Shown piece after piece: positions 1 through 9,209 of a stretch of DNA of 64,000 nucleotides (position 1 is its first letter; each line of letters starts with the position of its first letter). The stretch covers positions 27,700 through 91,699 of the forward strand of contig CAZPPS010000005.1 of the NCBI GenBank assembly GCA_964588495.1, written 5' to 3'. Under the pieces are notes generated by a model, which did not search any database, had not been told where the DNA came from, and was given only the letters and a program-made list of their open reading frames with translations. This DNA comes from an uncultured bacterium (GTDB lineage: Bacteria; Chlamydiota; Chlamydiia; Chlamydiales; JAAKFR01). A program made the translations under genes and the position numbers.

Positions 1-1
1 C

Positions 2-565
2 CGAGAAGAGAACAATGTGAATCCCAATTCTTCTGTTGAAACATTTGCGGCTTTGAAGCTCTACATTGACAATTGGCGTTGGGCAGGTGTCCCTTTTTAT
101 TTGCGAGCTGGCAAGAGACTTCCCAAAAGAGTCACAGAGATTGCGATTGTCTTTAAAGAAGTTCCGGGGATTTTGTTTTCACGTGCAGGAGCCAAAAATG
201 AACATAACGTGCTCGTTATCCGAATTCAGCCCGACGAAGGGATCTCTTTGCGCATCAATTGTAAAGTTCCAGGTCCCTCTTCTCCGATTCAGCCTGTCAA
301 AATGGATTTCCGCTACGGTTCCTATTTTGGCTTAACCCCACCAGAGGCTTATGAGAGGCTGATCTGCGATTGCATGCTCGGAGATGGAACCTTGTTTGCA
401 AGAGGCGATGAGGTTTTAGCTTCGTGGAAATGGATCTCTCCGGTTTTAGAAAGATGGCAAAAAAATGTGGCAAGCGATTTCCCCAATTACCCTTCAGGAA
501 GTTGGGGGCCCAAAGCTGCCGATGAGCTGCTTGGCTCTGATGGCTTTGCCTGGAGATTGATCTAA
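2..565 (+). CDS. zwf: glucose-6-phosphate 1-dehydrogenase, C-terminal part (5' end lies outside the window)
   Basis: The frame is open to the window edge. Motifs YIDNWRWAGVPFYLRAGKRL, RIQPDEGI and PEAYERLI are typical of the G6PD C-terminal domain. An OPP-pathway neighbour (pgl) lies downstream. Confidence 0.9.
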   Translation, partial: REENNVNPNSSVETFAALKLYIDNWRWAGVPFYLRAGKRLPKRVTEIAIVFKEVPGILFSRAGAKNEHNVLVIRIQPDEGISLRINCKVPGPSSPIQPVKMDFRYGSYFGLTPPEAYERLICDCMLGDGTLFARGDEVLASWKWISPVLERWQKNVASDFPNYPSGSWGPKAADELLGSDGFAWRLI

Positions 566-567
566 GC

Positions 568-1653
568 ATGAATATCATTCAGAACATCGACATCAACGAA
601 GAACTGACCAAGCTGTGGAACGAAGAACAGGGGCAAAATAAAATCAGAGCCTCCCTCTTTACCCTGATCGTCTATCTCCATAAGGGAACGCAAGCGAATT
701 ATTACCAGAATATCATCAAATCGGTTGTCGCAAAATTCCCCTGCCGCGTGATTTTGATCATCAGCGATGTCAATGCTGACGAAGACTCTCTAAAAACTAC
801 TGTCAGCTCGGAAACCATTGGTCTTGGCGAGTTGAAAATTTTTTGTGAAATCATTCAGATTGAAGTAGCACGAGAGTGCATCGAGCGTGTCCCTTTCATG
901 GTCCTTCCCCATATTTTGCCCGACCTGCCCGTTTATCTTTTGTGGACGCAAGATCCGATCAAAGAAAACGCTGTTCTCCCTCATTTAGAGCCCCTTGCTG
1001 ACCGCATTATTTTCGATTCGGAGTCGACAACCGATCTTCAAAATTATAGCTGCGCTGTGATGTCATTGATGAAATGCTTTCATTGCCGCATCGGCGATCT
1101 GAATTGGAGCGCCCTTTCGGGCTGGAGATCGCTCCTTGCGCGTGTTTTTAATAACCCGCAGTCTTTGGCAGATCTTCAGCAATGCGTGGCTCTTAAAATC
1201 TACTACAATAAAAAAGAGTCTGAACATCAAAAACATACGGAAATTGAGGCTGCCTATTTACAGGCGTGGTTAGCCTCTCGGCTCAATTGGAAGTTTCAGA
1301 CGATTTTAAAAGTAGATGGAAACCTCAACTTAACTTACAGGGTAGGAAGCCAAGATATTGAGGTTACCTTGATCCCTCAAGCCAAAGAGGCAGAACTACC
1401 GGGACAAATTTTTGAGGTAGAAATTGTAAGTCTTAAAGATGAAGGCCACTACATTTTCAAAAAACAGCCAAATAGCCGCCAGGTCTGTATTCAATATTCA
1501 GAAAAAGATTTTTGTCAGCTTCCCGAATGCAGTTATTTAAGCGGCACAGCGGCGGGCCAAGAGATTGTGGAGGAGATTTTTTATCCCTCTAGTGGTAAAC
1601 ATTATAAAAATATGCTGGAAATTCTCTCATTGATTCCCTGGAGGTCCCTTTGA
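568..1653 (+). CDS. OpcA-like putative G6PD assembly protein
   Basis: This 361-aa ORF starts 3 nt after the zwf stop and overlaps the pgl start by 4 nt. It occupies the zwf-X-pgl position that OpcA holds in actinobacterial and cyanobacterial operons. Motif support is weak (RASLFTLIVY). Confidence 0.5.
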   Translation: MNIIQNIDINEELTKLWNEEQGQNKIRASLFTLIVYLHKGTQANYYQNIIKSVVAKFPCRVILIISDVNADEDSLKTTVSSETIGLGELKIFCEIIQIEVARECIERVPFMVLPHILPDLPVYLLWTQDPIKENAVLPHLEPLADRIIFDSESTTDLQNYSCAVMSLMKCFHCRIGDLNWSALSGWRSLLARVFNNPQSLADLQQCVALKIYYNKKESEHQKHTEIEAAYLQAWLASRLNWKFQTILKVDGNLNLTYRVGSQDIEVTLIPQAKEAELPGQIFEVEIVSLKDEGHYIFKKQPNSRQVCIQYSEKDFCQLPECSYLSGTAAGQEIVEEIFYPSSGKHYKNMLEILSLIPWRSL

Positions 1654-2408
1654 GCCAACCTTATTACGTTTTAGATAGCAGACGAAAAATTGCTTTACCA
1701 GGTGATCCTGATCTCACCTTGACGTGCGCCGTTGATCTTTGGATCCAAATTGCCAATGAATCGATCCAGGATCACGATTTTTTTGCCGTGGCTCTCTCGG
1801 GCGGTTCTACCCCCAAACAAATTTTTCAAAAACTAGGCGCTTTGCAAGAGCAAGTGGATTGGTCAAAAGTGTTTATCTTTTGGAGCGATGAAAGGAGCGT
1901 TGGACCGATTCATCAAGACAGTAATTACAGAATGGCCCTGGAAGAAGGTGGACTTTCTAAGCTTCCAATTCCTCAATCTCAAATTTTTCGTATGGTGGCA
2001 GAAGAGAATATTGAGGCGAATGCCAAAGCCTATGAAGATGTGATCCTAGATAAGCTGGGCTCTCATCCTTTTGATTTGGTGATGCTTGGAATGGGAGATG
2101 ATGGCCATACAGCCTCATTATTCCCCCACACAGACGCGCTCAAAACAAAGGGAAGGCTTGTAGTTCCCAACTTTGTCCCCCAAAAAAATACGTGGCGGAT
2201 GACTTTTACTTATGAGTGCATCAACCGCTCAAGGCACATTTGTATTTATGTATTGGGCGAATCGAAGGCCGAAGTGTTAGAAAAAGTTTTATTTGGCCCC
2301 TTTAAACCTGAGGAATTCCCTTCTCAGGGAATTGGGACAGAGAGCAACCCTGTTCTTTGGGTGGTTGATTCTGAGGCTGGTAAAAATCTCCTCTCTCGTT
2401 TAAAATAG
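1650..2408 (+). CDS. pgl: 6-phosphogluconolactonase
   Basis: Motifs ALSGGSTP, FWSDER and GMGDDGHTASLFP. It is coupled to the zwf cluster and appears to start at TTG. Confidence 0.85.
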   Translation: MSQPYYVLDSRRKIALPGDPDLTLTCAVDLWIQIANESIQDHDFFAVALSGGSTPKQIFQKLGALQEQVDWSKVFIFWSDERSVGPIHQDSNYRMALEEGGLSKLPIPQSQIFRMVAEENIEANAKAYEDVILDKLGSHPFDLVMLGMGDDGHTASLFPHTDALKTKGRLVVPNFVPQKNTWRMTFTYECINRSRHICIYVLGESKAEVLEKVLFGPFKPEEFPSQGIGTESNPVLWVVDSEAGKNLLSRLK

Positions 2409-2445
2409 TAGCTTTTAATAAATCTTGTTCCATTAAGGAAAGTAA

Positions 2446-2663
2446 ACGCAAAGAAGCAAAGATGCTAAGGCGCAAAGAAGAAAGATAAATTATTTTTTCC
2501 CTTCTCTGTGTGCTCTGTGTTCTCTGTGGTTTTAATTGTTCCTCAGACTTTTATAAATAAACTTTAGGGGAATTATAAAAACCACAGAGAACACAGAGCA
2601 CACAGAGAGATTAGATTTTGTACCCGATCTCTTTGCGTCATTGCGTCTCTGCCCCCTTTGCGT
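2446..2663. repeat. type A composite intergenic palindrome (CTCTGTG/CACAGAG arms nested inside purine/pyrimidine outer arms)
   Basis: Inner arms 2503..2533 and 2577..2607 are perfect reverse complements over about 31 nt (tctctgtgtgctctgtgttctctgtggtttt). Outer arms acgcaaagaagcaaag... (2446..2480) and ...ctttgcgtcattgcgtctc... (2628..2663) are imperfectly complementary. Confidence 0.85.
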
Positions 2664-2729
2664 TGCCTTTCTCTCGGGTACACAACACAGTTCGCACTCG
2701 GGCGCGGGTTCGTTCACGAATGTAACTTT

Positions 2730-3791
2730 ATGTTAGTATTAGGAATCGAAAGCACATGTGATGAGACAGCCTGCGCCCTTGTGCGTGATGGCCACGAAAT
2801 TCTCTCTAATGTTGTGGCGTCTCAGGAAGATTTGCACGAAAAGTATGGGGGCGTGATCCCCGAACTTGCGTGCAGGCGACACATTGAGGTTTTGCCCTCG
2901 CTTGTCCGCAAAGCTTTGACCGTTCCCCTCGAAGAGATCGATTTAATTGCGGTAGCCAAAGGACCGGGATTGATTGGGGCGCTCCTCATTGGGCTTAACT
3001 TTGCTAAAGCACTCAGCCTCTCAGCAAACAAACCCCTCATCGGCGTCAATCACATCGAAGCCCACATCTATGCCGCCTTTATGTCGCAAGATATTCCCCT
3101 TCCGGCACTTGGAGTTGTGATCTCGGGCGGACACACCTCGCTTGTCAAAATCGATGCGATCGGTAGCTATTCACTCATTGGCCAGACACAAGACGACGCC
3201 ATCGGCGAAGCCTTCGACAAAGTGGCCAAACTGTTGAATCTTCCCTATCCGGGCGGCCCTCAAATCGAAAAACTCGCTTCTCTAGGAAATCCCCTCCGCT
3301 ATCCTTTTAAAGCGGGCCAAATCAAGGGACGCCCCTTTGATTTTTCCTTTAGTGGCCTTAAAACTGCCGTCCTTTATTTGGCAAAAGGGCAAAACTGTAC
3401 AAAAGATTCCCCGCTCCTCCTTCAAGACCAAGAAAAAGCCGATCTAGCAGCTAGTTTTCAACACACCGCTTTTACAACACTCACTGATAAAATCCTTGCA
3501 GCGGCCTCCCACCACCAATGCCGCAGCATCGTTTTAGGAGGGGGCGTGAGCCAAAATGGCTATTTGCGAAAACTCTTAGAAGAAAAATCCTCGCTTCCCG
3601 TATTTTGGCCAGCAAGGGGCCTAAGTGTCGATAATGCCGCTATGATCGCTGGGCTGGGCTACCATACGTTTTTACAAAACGGGGCAGATTCTATGGAACT
3701 GGACGCCTTAACACGAATTCCTTTCACGGAGACCTCAAATGCTGATCCGACTAATCCTTCTTCTTTTGGCTCTAAGCCCAGCTGCGTGTAG
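2730..3791 (+). CDS. tsaD: tRNA N6-adenosine threonylcarbamoyltransferase TsaD (Gcp)
   Basis: Motifs MLVLGIESTCDETA, GVNHIEAH, SGGHTS and GGGVSQN. I chose the internal ATG at 2730 because the ORF-track start at 2658 lies inside the palindrome. Confidence 0.9.
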   Translation: MLVLGIESTCDETACALVRDGHEILSNVVASQEDLHEKYGGVIPELACRRHIEVLPSLVRKALTVPLEEIDLIAVAKGPGLIGALLIGLNFAKALSLSANKPLIGVNHIEAHIYAAFMSQDIPLPALGVVISGGHTSLVKIDAIGSYSLIGQTQDDAIGEAFDKVAKLLNLPYPGGPQIEKLASLGNPLRYPFKAGQIKGRPFDFSFSGLKTAVLYLAKGQNCTKDSPLLLQDQEKADLAASFQHTAFTTLTDKILAAASHHQCRSIVLGGGVSQNGYLRKLLEEKSSLPVFWPARGLSVDNAAMIAGLGYHTFLQNGADSMELDALTRIPFTETSNADPTNPSSFGSKPSCV

Positions 3792-5217
3792 CAAAAAACA
3801 GGAAAATACCGCAAAACAGACCCTCCATCTGAATTTGACTGACGATCCCGCCTCTTTAGATCCGCGCGCCGTGCGCAGCCTCAAAGATCTCACCCTCGTC
3901 AAACAATTGTACGAAGGACTGATGAGGCTGGATGCTGCCGGAATTCCGCAACCGGCATTGGCTCAAAGGGTCGACATCTCTGAGGATTTTTTAAGCTACA
4001 CCTTTCACTTAAGAGACTCTAACTGGAACAATCATGAGCCTGTCACGGCCCACGATTTTGAAACTTCGTGGCTTGAAATTCTCAATCGTGAATTTATCAG
4101 CGACTACGCCTATATGATGAATCCGGTCCAGCAAGTGCAGGCGCTCGATGAAAAAACGCTCCATGTCGTTCTTAAAATGCCGACTCCCTATTTTTTAGAG
4201 CTCACCGCTTTCCCCACCTACTATCCCGTTTACAAAAAGGACATCTCAGTTTCAAATGGTCCTTTTTCTCTTGATCAATGGACCATGCAACGGGAAATTG
4301 TCCTCAAGAAAAATCCCTTCTATTGGGATAACCAAAATGTCCATCTCGATTCCATTGCTTTCTCTGTTATTCCAGACAACAATACCGAAAGCCTTCTATT
4401 TGAGAAAAATGAGCTCGACTGGCTCGGACAGCCGATCTCCCATAATATTACCCCCGAAATCCTTGCCAAGCTCAAAGAAAAAGGGATGCTCAGCTCTTAT
4501 CCCGTCGCCGGAACCTTCTGGCTCCTTTTCAACACAGAAAAAGAGCCCTTTAACAATGAAAATGTACGCAAAGCAATCTCTTACGCCATCAACCGGCAAG
4601 AGATCATCACTCACATCCTCCAGGGCAATCAAACCCCTGCAACACGACTGGTTCCCCCTTCCATGATTTCAGGTTCTTTGTTTGAAGATGGAAATATCTC
4701 GGAAGCCAAAAGGCTGATGCAAGAGATCGGCCCTCTCCCAACCTTAACGTTAAGTTATCCGCCAGGAGAAAGAGACGCCAAAATTGCCCAGCTCATCCAG
4801 GATCAGCTCCAATCAACCCTTGGAATTCATGTGGAGCTTATTGGGATGGAAGCGCAGCTTCACAGAAGACACTTAAGTTCTGGCAATTTCATGATGGGAA
4901 CTGGATCGTGGTTTGCCGATTATCACGATCCTCTCGCATTTTTGGAACTGTTCCAAGAAAAAGATGGCTCTTTGAACACAACCCGTTGGCATAATGAGAG
5001 GTTCTCAGCCCTTTTGGAGCAGTCGATGACAGATCCCGAAAACAGATTGGGATTATTGGATGAGGCTGAGAAGATTTTGATTGCTGAGATGCCGCTTGCG
5101 CCTCTTTACCATTGCACATTTGATTACGTCAAACAACCTTATGTGCACGATGTTGTTTTATCGCCGCTGGGCCTTGCCGACTTCAAATCTGCTTGGATAA
5201 AACAGGAAACCCGTTAA
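3739..5217 (+). CDS. oppA: oligopeptide/dipeptide ABC substrate-binding protein (family 5), probable lipoprotein
   Basis: 492 aa with an N-terminal signal ending ...LSPAAC. It is a paralog of the ORF at 7593..9209 (shared LDPR, PYFLELTAFPTYYP, NGPF.L..W, Y.INR.EI). It overlaps the tsaD 3' end by 53 nt. Confidence 0.8.
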   Translation: MLIRLILLLLALSPAACSKKQENTAKQTLHLNLTDDPASLDPRAVRSLKDLTLVKQLYEGLMRLDAAGIPQPALAQRVDISEDFLSYTFHLRDSNWNNHEPVTAHDFETSWLEILNREFISDYAYMMNPVQQVQALDEKTLHVVLKMPTPYFLELTAFPTYYPVYKKDISVSNGPFSLDQWTMQREIVLKKNPFYWDNQNVHLDSIAFSVIPDNNTESLLFEKNELDWLGQPISHNITPEILAKLKEKGMLSSYPVAGTFWLLFNTEKEPFNNENVRKAISYAINRQEIITHILQGNQTPATRLVPPSMISGSLFEDGNISEAKRLMQEIGPLPTLTLSYPPGERDAKIAQLIQDQLQSTLGIHVELIGMEAQLHRRHLSSGNFMMGTGSWFADYHDPLAFLELFQEKDGSLNTTRWHNERFSALLEQSMTDPENRLGLLDEAEKILIAEMPLAPLYHCTFDYVKQPYVHDVVLSPLGLADFKSAWIKQETR

Positions 5218-5230
5218 AACTTTGTGGCAA

Positions 5231-5325
5231 GAACAAGAACAGGATAAACAGAATCGCAAGCGGCAGGACGGGCAAGCTATTAAAATAAATAACAGGATAA
5301 AAGGATGGAAAGGATAAAAAAAGTA
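5231..5325. repeat. type B repeat, purine-rich arm (aacaggataaacag..cgcaagcggcagga..)
   Basis: It is nearly the reverse complement of 6941..6990 and is related to 44541..44569 and 28982..29025. Confidence 0.7.
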
Positions 5326-5335
5326 AAACTAATTT

Positions 5336-6763
5336 TTAAATCCTATTCGTCCTTTTATCAAGCTTAGATTGGAATTTGGGGGCTTCGTTATTTATTAAGT
5401 TTCGGACTGAACTGCGGATTTCATCGATGGCTTTCCAAGATTCTGTTTGAATGATACTTTCAAAGTCGAAAAGATCGAAATAATAGCCATCCAAGGATTC
5501 GAATTTCTTATTCAAAGCAGTTTTCTGTTCTTCAAAAGTTTTTTGAAGCGTTGCCATGTCCTCTTGGCTTAAACTATCGATCTCTTGCGAGATTAGGGTA
5601 CGAAAACGATCTGCAAGCGGCTCGATCTCTTTTGACAATCTCTCCAATTCTTTAAAATCTTTTTCGAATTTCTCTAATCCAACTTCTTGCATCAAACTAT
5701 TTCCGAAATCATCGAAAACAATAGAGTCTTGAGTAGGAACAATATTTTTAGATTCGATCTGTTCGATTCGCTGTCTTAATAGATCTGTATATTTGCTGTG
5801 GGTTTCGGCTAATCTTGTCGTTTTATACCATAGTTCATCAGAATTTCTTATATTCTCAGCTCTGATGCCGCTAAAGCAAGAGAAATCATTTGAAAATTGC
5901 AGCCATCTATCTTGAACTTTTTGTTGTTCTTGGCTGCACAAATTCTGATGGGCCTTTAATTCCGCAAGAGTCATTTGAGAAGTGTCCTCCTGATTCAAAG
6001 AAATCAGGCTATCAAGATAGGCGTCATATTCCTTGTACAACTTGTCATACTCTATAAGCTTCGGTTTATAATCAAAATTATCATGATGTTTATTGAGCCG
6101 GTTTTTGAATGTTTCTGCCTGCTTATGTATTAAATCATCCACTTGACGATATATTTGTGATGCCTTTTCCCAGTCCTCATTTTTGCCTTCATGTCCCTTA
6201 AGGGCCCTATAACATTCAGACAGCAGTTGGTACTGTTGTTTCAATTTCTTTTCTTTATCTAGAAAAGTTTGTTGCAGTTTCTCTGTTTCTTCTTTTTGCA
6301 GACTGCAAAGGTCTTGTGAAAACAGATTTCGAAATTCATTCATGAGTGGCTCGATCGCAAGTGCCCGCTTCACAAATTTATTGCAACACTCCTCCTTTTC
6401 CCGTTCTTTCTTTTCAATGGCGTCAGAATCATCAATAACCGTTGAATTCGGAGTCGACTCCGTAAGCTCAACATATTCATTACTTCTGTGAAGGATCGCA
6501 TAGCAAGCAGAACCGCCGAGAACTGCGAGGCCGGCAGCGCCCCCTACAATAAATAGGACCCACTGACCTGTATTGCCAATTGTCACTATCCACTGGGGAA
6601 GATTGCTGCTGAATAAGCCAGCGCCACCCACACACGCTGCAAAAAGTAAACCCAATCCGACGATAACGGGGATAACAAATAGCCACTTCGTGCACTTGAA
6701 AGCGAGTTCATCATCAGGTAGCTGAGTTAGGGAATGATTTCCGCTGCAACAATCGATTGCCAT
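5336..6763 (-). CDS. Inc-like membrane protein with long coiled-coil C-terminal region
   Basis: A bilobed hydrophobic segment (WLFVIPVIVGLGLLFAACVGGAGLF...GQWVLFIVGGAAGLAVLGGSACYAIL) lies near the N-terminus. The remainder is K/E/Q-rich and heptad-like, with an internal duplication (IEPLMNEFRNLFSQ.. / IEPLADRFRTLISQ..). Confidence 0.6.
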   Translation of the reverse strand: MAIDCCSGNHSLTQLPDDELAFKCTKWLFVIPVIVGLGLLFAACVGGAGLFSSNLPQWIVTIGNTGQWVLFIVGGAAGLAVLGGSACYAILHRSNEYVELTESTPNSTVIDDSDAIEKKEREKEECCNKFVKRALAIEPLMNEFRNLFSQDLCSLQKEETEKLQQTFLDKEKKLKQQYQLLSECYRALKGHEGKNEDWEKASQIYRQVDDLIHKQAETFKNRLNKHHDNFDYKPKLIEYDKLYKEYDAYLDSLISLNQEDTSQMTLAELKAHQNLCSQEQQKVQDRWLQFSNDFSCFSGIRAENIRNSDELWYKTTRLAETHSKYTDLLRQRIEQIESKNIVPTQDSIVFDDFGNSLMQEVGLEKFEKDFKELERLSKEIEPLADRFRTLISQEIDSLSQEDMATLQKTFEEQKTALNKKFESLDGYYFDLFDFESIIQTESWKAIDEIRSSVRNLINNEAPKFQSKLDKRTNRI

Positions 6764-6877
6764 AATTTTCTCCTTTTAAAAAAGAGAGTTATAGCTTTCT
6801 AGCATTAAGATTGCATTAAAAAAATTTAGGCCGATTGGCTAATCAGGAGACTGCATTAGAAACTTGGTGGTTGCAAG

Positions 6878-6990
6878 AAAAACAAGATATACAGGATCAC
6901 AGAGCGGCTGGATAAAAAGGACATTTAAGATATTTTTAATTATCCTGCCCATCCTGCAGCGAAGCTATCCTGTTTATCCTGTTTACTCTC
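6878..6990. repeat. type B intergenic imperfect palindrome
   Basis: The purine arm acaggatcacagagcggctggataaaaaggac faces the pyrimidine arm tatcctgcccatcctgcagcgaagctatcctgtttatcctgttt across an AT-rich loop. Confidence 0.7.
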
Positions 6991-7011
6991 TTGCTGCTCA
7001 ATCCACAGCGA

Positions 7012-7497
7012 TTAGATGATATAATCAAGAAGATCGGGTCGATCGCTTTTCAGCACACAAGCCGCATCGGAGTAATTCCCGATCACACCATCCATGCTAC
7101 CCGCCCAATTATCCTTGATATTCATCCCTTCGGTTTCGATGTTTCGCCCGAAAGCGTCGCTATTGTTGTGCAGGACAAGGGCATGACCCTTTGCCTCGTC
7201 TGGGGGCAGGTAGGTACCATCTGGCCCTTTAAACAGATCGGATTTTGAAACAACAGGCATTTGAATGGATTTCTGGATCAAAGGAATTGCCTTCTTATCT
7301 TCATAATCATTAAAGGCTACCATCCTTAAATTTTTGAAAAGGGCTAGCTCGCGAGTATGCAAGTACTTTAGGGCCAAAATTTGCAAACGGTTACACAGGT
7401 GGGCGCTGTCAAGAACAGTAGCAAAAATGCTTGGCGGATCGATAGTATAGATATATCCTTGTGGCAAAAGTTGTCCAAGCAGTATCAGCTGAAACAT
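7012..7497 (-). CDS. hypothetical protein (161 aa)
   Basis: It is the only long ORF in this gap and is oriented away from oppA. I recognise no family. Confidence 0.4.
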   Translation of the reverse strand: MFQLILLGQLLPQGYIYTIDPPSIFATVLDSAHLCNRLQILALKYLHTRELALFKNLRMVAFNDYEDKKAIPLIQKSIQMPVVSKSDLFKGPDGTYLPPDEAKGHALVLHNNSDAFGRNIETEGMNIKDNWAGSMDGVIGNYSDAACVLKSDRPDLLDYII

Positions 7498-7592
7498 ATT
7501 CGCTCATGAAAATTCTCCTTCAAAAGAACAATTATAGCCTAACTCTGTTAAGAAAGCATTAAAAATTGGCAATTAATCTCTGATCCATTATC

Positions 7593-9209
7593 GTGAGCCT
7601 CATGTTTAAAAGGTGTATCGTCACAATAATTCTCTGTTTATTGACGGCCTGCTCAAGTAATTCTTCTAATTCCAAACAGATTCTGCGGCTTAATCTTTAT
7701 ACAGAGCCCCCCACATTAGACTCCAGGAAGGCGACCGACTCGACGTCTATGAATGTCTTGATGAATCTTTTTGAGGGGCTGACCCGTATTGGGGATGACT
7801 ATTTGCCCCAACCCGGCTTGGCTGAGAGTATTGTGGTTTCTCCCGACAAATTGACCTACATTTTCACGCTTCGGGAAGCTTATTGGACAAATGGGGACAA
7901 AATCACAGCAAACGATTTTGTGTATACGTGGAAAAAGATGCTCGATCCCACGTTTCCTGCCCCTTTTGCCGACAAGCTTTACTGCATCAAAAATGCAGCC
8001 GCCATTAAAGAGGGTAAGCTTCCCCTTGCTATGCTGGGAGTGGAGGCTGTCAATCCCTCCACTTTGGTTGTCACACTCGATCATCCGGCCCCCTACTTTT
8101 TGGAGCTGACCGCGTTTCCCACCCTTTATCCCATTAATCCCCGCATCGATCAGAAAAATCCCGAATGGGCAGCAGAAGCTGGCCCCGATTATGTCACCAA
8201 CGGCCCTTTTCAACTCAAAAGCTGGGAGCATGAAAGTGAGCTGGTGATGGAAAAGAGCCGAAGCTATTGGGACAAAGATGAGGTCAAGCTCCAAGAGATC
8301 CGTATGGTCATGATTGATGATACGACGACTGAATTTTACATGTTTGAGATGAATGAGCTCGATTGGGCAGGTTCACCTCTTTCTACCCTTCCTCCTGAGT
8401 TTATTGCCGCTTTGAAAGAGGCGGACAATCAGGAGCACATGATCTATTTTTATCCAGCAACCGCAGTTTACTATTACAAGTTCAATACCAATTACCCACA
8501 GCTTAACAACACCAATATCCGGAAAGCTTTAGCCTATGCGATCAACCGGAAAGAGATTGTCGAACACATTTCCCAAGCAGGCCAACAGCCCGCGACCGCC
8601 CTTGTTCCCAATCTTCCTGGTTGGTCAAAACAATCCCTTTTTAAAGACAACGACACGGAACTTGCAAAACAACTCTTTGAGAAAGGGTTAGAAGAGCTAA
8701 ATATTAATCTCAAAGATTTTCCAAAGCTCACTTTGACCTATAACACAAGCCGTGAGCACCAGAAAATTGCCCAGGCAATCCAGCAGCAATGGAAAGAAAC
8801 ATTTGGGATAGAACTGGAACTTTTAGTTTTTGACTGGAAAGTTTATTTGAGCAAAATCAGCAACCAGGACTTTCAGGTATGCCGAATGGGATGGGTGGGC
8901 GACTATCAAGACCCTGTCTCGTTTTTGGAACCCTTCAAGTTTAAAAATATTCCAGGAGCTGGGGGAAATAACGACACCGGTTGGGAGCATCCCGAATACA
9001 TCAATTATATGGACTTAGCCGCAAAAGAGACGAACTACGCAAAAAGGTTTGAGTATTTGCAAAAAGCAGAAGAGATTTTAATTTCAGAAATGCCCATTGT
9101 CCCCATTTATTTTGTAGTGAATGGCTATTTGAAAAAACCTTATGTCGAGGGTGTCCATCTTTCGCCACTAGGGGCGGGTGACTTTAAAAGGGCCTACATC
9201 AACAAATGA
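7593..9209 (+). CDS. oppA: oligopeptide ABC substrate-binding lipoprotein
   Basis: Signal peptide with lipobox LLTAC. Family-5 SBP motifs PYFLELTAFPTLYP, NGPFQLKSW and AYAINR. It is the first gene of the oppABCDF operon. Confidence 0.88.
   Translation: MSLMFKRCIVTIILCLLTACSSNSSNSKQILRLNLYTEPPTLDSRKATDSTSMNVLMNLFEGLTRIGDDYLPQPGLAESIVVSPDKLTYIFTLREAYWTNGDKITANDFVYTWKKMLDPTFPAPFADKLYCIKNAAAIKEGKLPLAMLGVEAVNPSTLVVTLDHPAPYFLELTAFPTLYPINPRIDQKNPEWAAEAGPDYVTNGPFQLKSWEHESELVMEKSRSYWDKDEVKLQEIRMVMIDDTTTEFYMFEMNELDWAGSPLSTLPPEFIAALKEADNQEHMIYFYPATAVYYYKFNTNYPQLNNTNIRKALAYAINRKEIVEHISQAGQQPATALVPNLPGWSKQSLFKDNDTELAKQLFEKGLEELNINLKDFPKLTLTYNTSREHQKIAQAIQQQWKETFGIELELLVFDWKVYLSKISNQDFQVCRMGWVGDYQDPVSFLEPFKFKNIPGAGGNNDTGWEHPEYINYMDLAAKETNYAKRFEYLQKAEEILISEMPIVPIYFVVNGYLKKPYVEGVHLSPLGAGDFKRAYINK

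Noticed and set aside
2501-2609. Blocks of reiterated ctctgtg/cacagag looked at first like a CRISPR-type repeat array.
   Set aside because: They are single pairs of inverted arms forming hairpins, not direct repeats separated by unique spacers. No cas genes are present.
7012-7497. I wondered whether the 161-aa ORF is a macro/PARG-related or nucleotide-processing fragment, given the PARG gene elsewhere.
   Set aside because: I could find no shared motif with the PARG protein or any family I know. It is left as hypothetical.
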